From: Scenedesmus sp. PABB004
Lineage: Eukaryota
Direction of reading: 5' to 3'
Assembly: GCA_014905635.1 (NCBI GenBank)
Contig: JABVCE010000017.1
Location: 372,001-436,000 of the forward strand
Length of the DNA stretch: 64,000 bases
Shown: positions 46,254-64,000 of the stretch, piece after piece
How the letters are laid out: each line of letters opens with the position of its first letter
Numbering within the stretch: position 1 is the stretch's first letter
Notes under the pieces: model-generated
What the model saw: the letters and a program-made list of their open reading frames with translations, nothing else
Databases searched by the model: none
Told to the model about the DNA's origin: nothing
Position numbers and translations under genes: made by a program

Positions 46254-49200
46254 AAGGTGAGGGATGTGTGCGTGGCGGGGCGGCCGCGCCGCCCGCGGCG
46301 ACGGCGTGGCGGGCGCGCAGCGGGCGGGGCGCGCGCAGCGCCGCCCCAGCCGGCGGCGCGGCGGCCGCGCGCCTCGTCGACGCGCGGGAGGGGGTGCAGC
46401 ACGACCGCGTCGGGCCGCAGCTGGCGCATGAGGTCGGCGTCGATGATGTACTTGCCCCGCGCCTGGGGGGTTGGGGTTTAGGGGGAGGGGGGGGGGAGGG
46501 CAGGGTTGAGTGGTCGGGGCAGTGCGGTGGGGCGAAGGGGCGCGTGGAGGGGCCGCAGCGCCCGCCTAAACACTGGACGCCGGTCAGGCAAGCAACAGCG
46601 CCAGGCATTTCCACCACAACCGATGAAGACACTCCGCCAAACCACCACCAAACGAACCACTGAAAACAACCAGCATGTGCACCGCCCCCCACCTGTGCGT
46701 AGGCGGGCCCATGCCGGCGAAGCGCCTCTTCACCGCCGTCACACCTCCAACACAACCACCGACAACACTGATCAAACCAACACCACCAAAACCACCGAAA
46801 ACACACAGTGCATCAAACAGACAAACATCAAACAGCCAACAAACACCCCCCCCCCCACACCTGCGCGTAGGCGCCCATGTCGGCGAAGCGCTCCTTCTGG
46901 ATGCGCGTCATGTACAGCACGTCCACGTCGCTCGCGACCGCGCGCAGGTCGTCAACCTGGCGCGGGGTTTAGCGGGGGTTCGGAGCGGGGGTTTTGGTGC
47001 GGGGTTTTGGTTGGTGCGGGGTTTTGGTTGGTGCGGGGTTTTGGTTGGTGCGGGGTTTTGTTGCGGGGGCGGGGCTTTGACGGGCGGCGGGCGGCGGCGG
47101 AGGAGGGGCGTGCACGGCGGCGGCGCGCGCCGACGCGGGGCGGGGCCGCCGGCCAGCGCCCTCCGCCCCCCCCCCCCCCCGCGCGCGCGTGCCCTGCGGC
47201 GCCGCCGCGCGCGCGCACCTCCTCCCACTGCACGCCCTTGGAGGTGAGGAAGGCCTTGAGGTCGGCCTTCATCGCGACGACGGGCGGCGCGACAAAGTAG
47301 ACCTGGCGGGGTTTAGGACGCGCGGGGCGGGGCGGGCGGGGTTTAGCGGGGGGCGCGCGCGCGGGGTTAAGCGGGGGCCGACGGCGGCGCGAGCGGAGGC
47401 CGGAGGCGGGGCGCCCGCGCTCGTGCGGGCTGGGCCCCGCCCACGCCCTCGCTGCGCCGCCGCCCCAACACCCCGCACCCCAACTATAACAAAACCCCGC
47501 CCCGCCCCTTAAACCGCGCCCCGCCGCCCGCGCCGCGCGCGCCTTGACGCCGGGGAACATGCTGAGCATGTACGCCAGGCTGTGCACGGTGCGGCCGTTG
47601 AGCAGGTCGCCGACCATGCCGATCTTAAAGTCCTGCGGGCCCGGGGCGGGGCAGGACGGCGGCGGGGCGTTATTCATGCTGTCACTTTTGTTACTACTGA
47701 GTTGCTTGGGCTTTGGTTTTGCCGCCAAGGCGGGCGGGGGGCCCGGGGCGGGCGGGGCCCGCGCGCAGGGAGGGGCACACGCGGAACGGCGCGGCGCGGC
47801 GCGGCGCGAGCGCGTGTGTGGGTGAGCTGAGCGTGAGCCCCCTGCCCCGCCAACGCCCCTGCTCCCGCACCGTGAGGCGGCCGATCTCCTTCTGTATGCT
47901 GTACAGGTCCAGCAGCGCCTGCGTGGGGTGCTGGCCGGGGCCGTCGCCTGGGTGGGGGGCGTTGCGTGACGCGTTGCGTGACGGCGCGCGCGGGCGGGCG
48001 GGCGGGCGCGGCGGGCGTAAGCGCGCGGCGGCCGGGGGGCTGGGGCGAGGGGGGAGGGGGTGAAGGGGGCGAGGGGGCGAGGGGGGTGAGGCGCGCGCGC
48101 GCCGCCGCTGCTGTCCGGTCCCAAGGGAAGGCCGCGGCGGTGGGAGAGGGTGCCGCGCGCGTCCGCCTGTGACGGGAACCCGGTGGGGGTCGCTGTGCGC
48201 CGCGCGAAATACCGCTGCCGCCACGGGCGCGAGCGGCAGCAGTGAGTGTCGGGCGCGCTGACGAGCTCCGTGTGCAGCGCAGCGCGGGCGAGGCAACGCA
48301 AACGCAGAGCAGCCAAAGCAACGCCCCGCTGCTCGCCCTGCCGCCGCCGCCGCCCTGCCGCCCGCCCGCCCCGCCCCTGCCTTGCTGCCGCCGCCCGGCC
48401 CCTGCCCCGCTGCTCGCCCTGCCGCCGCCGCCGCACCGGCGTTGATGATGGGGACCGACGCGACGCCCGCGGCGCGCGCGGCGCTGCCGGCGGCAAAGTG
48501 GCGCAGCACGATGCAGTCGGCGTAGGCCTCGATGGTGCGGATGGTGTCTGCGGGCGACGAGGTTTAGTGGGGTTTAGCGGGGCGGGGGCGGCGGGGTTTA
48601 GCGGGGCGGGGGCGGCGGGGTTAAGCGTGGCGGCGGGGGTTCAGTGCGAGGGAGGGGTCGGGAGTGCGGCATGCAGGGGCCGGACGGCGGCGGCGGTGCG
48701 GCGGGGCCCGTCCGGCGCGCCGCGCTGCCTCGCGCCGCGTGCGGCGCGCCCGTGCGCGCTGCTGCGTCGCGCTGCTGCTGCTGCTGCTGCGTCGCGGCGC
48801 GGCGCGCACCCTCGAGCGTCTCGCCCTTGGCCGCGGAGGAGTACTCGCCGGCAGACTCGGTGGACAGCACCTGCAGGCGCGGGGGCGGGTGGCGGGTCGC
48901 GCGCGGCCGGGCGCGCCCGGGCGCGGCGGCGCCGACGCGGCCGTGCGCGCGCGACTGGGACCAGTCCCCCCTCCACTCCGCTCCCCGTCGCCGCTGCTGG
49001 CGCGGCGCCGGCGGCCGCCGGCCCGCCCCGCTCGCGCGCGCGCGCGCTTGTGCGCGCCGCCGCCGCCGGCGCACCTGGCCGCCGAGGCGGGTGATCGCCG
49101 ACTCGAAGCTCAGCCGCGTGCGCGTGGAGGGTTCGTAGAAGAGCGTCGCCATCACGCGCCCGTCCAGCACCTGGCAGAGGCGGCCGCGGCGGCGGCAGCG

Positions 49201-49623
49201 GCGGCGGCGGCGCGGCGGGTCGGCTGCTGCTTGCAGGACGCCGCGCGTGTCGGTTGCTCGCGGCGGTTGCGCGCGGCGGTTGCGCGCGGCGACGCCGGCG
49301 CCGCGCGGGCGCACCTTGGCCTCGGGCGTGCCCGGGCGCACGCGCTCCATCGCGGCGGCCTCGGCAAAGATGACCTCCAGCGCCTCGCGCTTGAACTGCT
49401 GCGCCTCGACGACGTGCTTCACGTCCAGCTCGTGCCAGGGCTTGGTCGGCGCGCCGTTGGTCATGTAGGCCGCCGGGCGCGCGCCGGCGCGCCGCGCCGG
49501 CCGGCGCGGCGTGAGCGCCGCGCCGCGCGCGGGCCGCAGCGGCGGCCCGGCGGCCGCCGGCGTGCGCCGCGGCGCGGCGGGCGCGCCGCGGCCCGCCGCC
49601 AGCTGCGACGGGGCGCCACGCAT
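45439..49623 (-). CDS. PYRB: Aspartate carbamoyltransferase, plastid-targeted, about 11 exons
   Basis: [83 protein letters not shown]. Confidence 0.97.
45540..46260. repeat. Intronic microsatellites: (GA)n and (GT)n tracts plus poly-G
   Basis: Long (GA)n at ~45688-45890. (GT)n tracts at ~45540-45690 and ~46088-46250. Confidence 0.95.
46988..47062. repeat. Intronic 17-bp tandem repeat (GTGCGGGGTTTTGGTTG), about 4 copies
   Basis: Directly visible in the sequence. Confidence 0.85.
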
Positions 49624-49961
49624 GGCGGTCGGACGGAAGCCGGGCGGCGGGGCTGCGCGGGCGGCTGTGCAGGGCGGGGGCGCCGCCCGGAGGCGCGGGG
49701 CAGTCGCAGTTCAAAGCCGGGCGTCGCGGGCGTCCCGGAGGGCGCGGCTGCGGTCTGATCAGCGGCCGGGCGGGAGCGGGGACGGGCAGTGGGGGGAGCA
49801 GGCGGCGTGGGTGGGCCGCGCGGGGCCGCAGTCGCCTGTGCCCTGGCTGTCACACAGGGCGCACCGAGTCGGCCGCGCGCGCCGCTCCCGCCCTCTTGGC
49901 GCGGTCACTCGACCGCACCGCACCGGCCTCGGCCCGCGCGCGCCCCGCGCCGTCGGCAAGC
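49624..49961. promoter_or_regulatory. Probable bidirectional promoter between PYRB and PURA
   Basis: Only 338 bp lie between the divergent predicted start codons. No specific motif was identified. Confidence 0.6.
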
Positions 49962-52900
49962 ATGCAGCAGCAGCAGCTCGGGCGGGGAGCGGGCCGGACG
50001 GCCGCCCCGGCGGCGCGTCCGCTGGCGGCCCGGCGCCTGGCACCGCCGGCGCGGCGGGCGGGGCGGCTGGCGCGGGGCGGCGTGGCGGCATCTGCTGCTG
50101 CCGCGCCCTTCCCGGCCCAGGTCTGCGTCGTGCTGGGCACGCAGTGGGGCGACGAGGGCAAGGGCAAGCTGGTGGACATCCTGGCGCAGCAATACGACGT
50201 CATCGCGCGCGCCCAGGCGCGGCGCGGCCGCCGCCGCCGCCGCGCGCGGGCGCTGCTGCCGCCGCCGCCGGCAGCCGCCGCGCCGCGCGGGGCTCAACCG
50301 CCGCGCTGCCGCCTGGGCGCAGGGCGGCGCCAACGCGGGCCACACCATCTACGACGACAAGGGCACCAAGTACGCGCTGCACCTGCTGCCGAGCGGCGTG
50401 CTCAACAAGTGCGCGCGGCCGCGGCGCGCCCGCGGCGGCGGCGCCCGCGGCGGCGGCCCAGGGGGGAGAGGAGAGGGGGAGCGGGCAGCGGGCAGGGAAC
50501 GCCAGCAGCACGGCAGCAGGGCGCCAGGCAGGGCGGGCGGCGGCAGCGGCACGACGCGGCGGCGCGCCCGGGCGCCAGCGCCGCCCGTCCGCGCTCAAAC
50601 GCACAACCCCGCTGCCGCCGCCGGCGCTCAAAACTCAAACTCGCACTGAATGTTTTCAAACGCGGCTCGCAGGAAGGCGATGAACGTGATCGGCAACGGC
50701 GTCGTCGTGCACGTGCCAAAGCTCTTCGAGGAGATCCAGGGCATGGCCGACAAGGGCATCGACGTGCGCGTTACGACAGCTGTTTTGGGGTTGTTATTAT
50801 TGTCGTTGGGCGGCAGCGGCAGAGCCGGCAGCAGCGGCGGCAGCGGCGGGCGCGCGCCGACCCCGCCCCACGCCCACGCCCTCGGCCCCGCGCCCGCTGC
50901 TGCTGCTCCGCCCCGCGCAGATCGAGGGCCGCCTGCTGCTGAGCGACCGCGCGCACCTGCTGTTCGACCTGCACAAGGAGGTCGACGGCGCGCGCGAGGC
51001 GGAGCTCGCGGGTGCGCCGCCGGCCGCGCGCGGCGGCGCACGGCCGCGCCGCGCCGCGCGTGCTGCCAGCTCCCCCCGCGCCGCGCGCGCCGCGGCCGCG
51101 CCGGGCCACGCCGAGCTGCGCCCCCGCCCGCCCGCCCGCCCCGCTCGCCGTCTCGCCCGCCCCCTCAACCCGGACCCCTGAACCCCAAACCCCAGGCGCC
51201 AAGATCGGCACGACCAAGCGTGGCATCGGGCCGGCGTACGCGTCCAAGGCCACGCGCAACGGCCTGCGCGTCGCCGACCTGCGGCACCCAGAGTCGTTCA
51301 AGGCCAAGCTCGCCGCGCTCGTGGCCGACGCGCAGGCCAGGTGTGGTGTGTGACTGTGCGCGCGCGCGCATGCAAAGGCAGCCTCGGAGGCGCGCGCGCC
51401 GCCGCCGCCGCCTCACCCCCGCCCCACACACACACACTCACACGCACACACGCACGCACGCTCCCGACACGCACGTGTACGCGCCAGGTTTGACGCCCTG
51501 CCGGCGGAGGTGGTCGACGTGGAGGCGGAGGCCAAGGCGTACGCCGCGTACGCGGAGCGCCTCGCGCCCTTCATCACCGGTGAGGGTTTAGGCTCTGGCC
51601 GGGCGAGGGCTCTAAACCGCCGGCGCCCGGGCGCAAAACCGCCGGCGGGCGCAGCGCGGGGCGCGCGGCGCCGCGCGCGGGGCCGCCCGGGCGGCGCCCG
51701 GGCGGGGCCGCTCGCCCGGCCGCACCTCTCCCGCGCGGCGGGCGCTCGAGCAGCGCCCGGCCCCCACGGTCACACCCTCAGGGCAACGCCCATGTTATTT
51801 AGCACCCAACATAACAAATAACACCTCCCGCCCGCGTGCGCAGACACGGTCGACTACCTGGCCGACGCGGTGTCGGCGGGCAAGCGCGTGCTGGTGGAGG
51901 GCGCCAACGCGACGATGCTCGACGTGGACCACGGGACCTACCCCTTTGTCACGAGCAGCAACCCCAGGTGTTTTGTGTTTTGTGTTTTGTGTTTTGTGTT
52001 TTGTGTTTTGTGTTTTGTGTTTTGTGTTTTGTGTTTTGTGTTTTGTGTTGTGTTGTTGTGTCGTGTTTGGGGGGAGAGGGGGGGGGAGGGGACGGCGTCG
52101 TTCTTTGCTTGGGGCGGCCGAGGGTCGCCGCGTCGAGCGGCCGCGCAGGGCGGGCCGCCGCGCGGGCGCGCGCGCCGCGCGCCCAGCGCTTTGTGGGCCG
52201 CCGCTGAGAGCCCCCCCCCGCCGCTGAACCGCCGCCGCCGCCGCTGAACCGCCGCAGCATCGGCGGCATCGTGTCGGGGCTCGGCCTCGCGCCGTCGCGG
52301 TTCGGCGCCGTCGTCGGCGTGGTGCGGCGGCGCCGCCGCCGCCGCCGCCGCCGTTGCCGCCGCCGATTGCCGCCCCTGCCACCTCTCCCTCTTCAAACCT
52401 AAACCCTCAAACCTCCCCAAAACCCCCGCCGCCGCCGCCGCCGCCTCTAAACCCCAGGCCAAGGCCTACACCACGCGCGTCGGCGCGGGGCCGTACCCGA
52501 CCGAGATCAGCGGCGCGCTCGCCGAGTCGGTGCGCGAGGTGGGGCGCGAGTACGGGACGACGACGGGGCGCCCCCGCCGCGTGGGGTGGCTCGACGTCGT
52601 CGCGCTGCGCTACGTCTGCAAGTGAGCGCGCGCGGGGAGCGCGCGCGGGGAGCGCGCGCGGGGTGGCCGGCGCCGGGGAGGGAAGGAAAGGGGCCGCCGC
52701 GCGCTCGCCTCGTGAGCTTCAGTTCAAAACCCCTAAACCCCTCCTCCACCCCTCAACCCTGCCTCCAGGATCAACGGCTTCACGCACCTCAACCTCACCA
52801 AGCTCGACGTGCTCAGCGACCTGCCAGAGATCAAGGTGCGGCGCGCGGCGGCGTTGGGATTCAGGGTTTAGGGACGGCGGCGCCTGGGGTTTAGGGACGG

Positions 52901-53647
52901 CGGCGCCTGGGGTTTAGGGGGGCTCGCCGCATGGGGCCCGGGATGTGGGGCCCGGCGCGCAGGGGCCTTCGGGGCCGTGCGGGTCCCCGGCCCCCTTCGG
53001 CCCGCCGCAGCACCGCCGCGCGCGCTCGGCCCCCCCCCCCCCCACACACACACTCCCCGCGCGCGCGCGCAGGTGGGCGTCGCGTACACCGTGGGCGGGC
53101 GGCGGCTGACGGGCAGCATGCCGGCGTCGATCGAGGAGCTGGAGGCGGTGGAGGTGGAGTATGAGACGCTGCCGGGTGCGGCGGCGGCGGGGTTGAGGGG
53201 TTGAGGGGTTGAGGGACCTAGCAGGTTTTAAGCAGGGTTGAGAGGGGCTGGCGAGCTGGCGAGCTGGCGCGGGGCGGCGCGCGCGCGCCACCGCCGCCGG
53301 CCCACGCGCGCCCCGCGCCGCGCCGCGCCCCGTGGCGCCCGCCCGCCGCAGGCTGGCAGTCGGACATCAGCGGCGCGCGCAGCTGGGCGTCGCTGCCGCC
53401 GGCGGCGCAGGCGTACGTGGAGCGCGTGGAGGAGCTCGTGGGCGTGCCGATCAAGGCGCGCGGCGCGCGGCGGGCCGCGCACGGGCCGGGCGAGCGGCGG
53501 GCGCGTGCACCGCGCGACGGGCGGCGCCGCGGTCTGACAACAACCCCCGCCGCCCGCCGCCCGCCGCCCGCCGCCCGCCGCCCGCTGCCGCCGCAGTGGA
53601 TCGGCGTCGGCCCCGGCCGCGACGCGATCGTGGTCAAGGGCGAGTAG
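49962..53647 (+). CDS. PURA: Adenylosuccinate synthetase, plastid-targeted, about 12 exons
   Basis: [102 protein letters not shown]. Confidence 0.97.
51968..52047. repeat. Intronic heptamer tandem repeat (GTGTTTT)n, about 11 copies
   Basis: Starts right at the splice donor after the exon ending ...SSNP. Confidence 0.92.
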
Positions 53648-54485
53648 GGCGGGCGTTACGTGACAGTTACGTGACAGACAAAATGACGACGTGACGGCGC
53701 GAGGCGGGGCGGGCGCGGCGGCGCGCTGGGCACGCGGGGCGCGGCGGGCGGCGGCGGGCGCGCGCGGCCCTCCGTCTGGGGGCCGCGGCGGCCGCTCGCG
53801 CCCGACCTCCCCCCCCCCCCTCTCTCTTTCTCCTTCTCCCCCGGGCGCGCCGAGGCTCTGGCGCTCTCACTGTGTCGGTGTGCCCGCGGCGCGCACGCGC
53901 GCGCTCGCGCTCGCGCGCGCTCGGATCCGAGGCGGCAGCGATCCCCCCTTCTTTCTTGCTGTCGGTGCGCGGCGAGGATTTGCGCGCCGCCGCCGCCGAC
54001 GGCGCCGGGGCGGCGGCGGCCGCAAGCAGCAGCTGCTGGCAGGAATCAAGCGCCGCGCGGGCCGGCGAGCGCCGGCGATCGGCGGCGGCGGGCGGCGGGC
54101 TGCGAGCGCCTGCGCGCCCGCAGCGCGCGCGCTCGCGAACTGGGCAGGCAGGCAGGCTAGCAGCTGCAGCAGTTGGTAACACGGTGCAGAGCGGTGCACG
54201 CGCGGGCCGCCGGCGGCGTCATGGTTGACCGACCGTCCGCCGCCGCTGAGACCTGCCTGCCGCGCCCGATCCGCTGGTCGCCCCGCGAGGAGGCCAGACC
54301 GCCGGGCCGGGCGCACGACGGGGAGGAGAGAGAGGCGGCAGGTCGAGGTGGTTGCGGCCTGTTCGAGCAGCAGCACCGCGCAGGGGCGGCATGGCGGCTC
54401 GGCGACGCGCTGGCGCGCCAGGTGTCGGGCAAACGCCCGGCTGAGCCGCGCCGCGGGCGCTGGCGAGGTCAGGCGGCCGAGCAAG

Positions 54486-64000
<9,515 letters not shown>

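Noticed and set aside
45517..46481. ORFs encoding poly-(RE), (SL), (CV) or (HT) peptides
   Set aside because: These are translations of intronic microsatellites.

Overview
Extremely GC-rich, intron-dense eukaryotic DNA. It is most consistent with a chlorophyte green alga (Sphaeropleales-like): spliceosomal introns, plastid transit peptides, nuclear PsbY and PAM71, and TTTAGGG-type motifs. Most long ORFs in the supplied track are GC artefacts, so genes were rebuilt by hand from exon peptides and splice sites. In order, the window holds: the 3' end of an unknown gene; an acylation-motif GAF-PAS(-like)-Ser/Thr kinase; a NAP/SET histone chaperone; an orphan ~7TM protein; a hypothetical gene; an ENTH-ArfGAP fusion; NF-YB; a GDT1/PAM71 transporter; a decayed JmjC-like gene; RPL36A with a triplicated last exon; a five-unit PsbY polyprotein; a small plastid-targeted protein; a duplicated psbY 5' fragment abutting a direct-repeat-flanked MYND-finger gene; head-to-head aspartate transcarbamoylase and adenylosuccinate synthetase; and an IRE/MAST-type AGC kinase running off the end. 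The most striking unexplained signals are two introns with tandem arrays of long G-U-containing hairpins (candidate polycistronic small-RNA precursors), polarised telomere-like motifs at intron ends, and frequent GC-AG introns. Several 1-2 nt frameshifts in G/C runs suggest residual long-read assembly errors. Exon boundaries are manual estimates.
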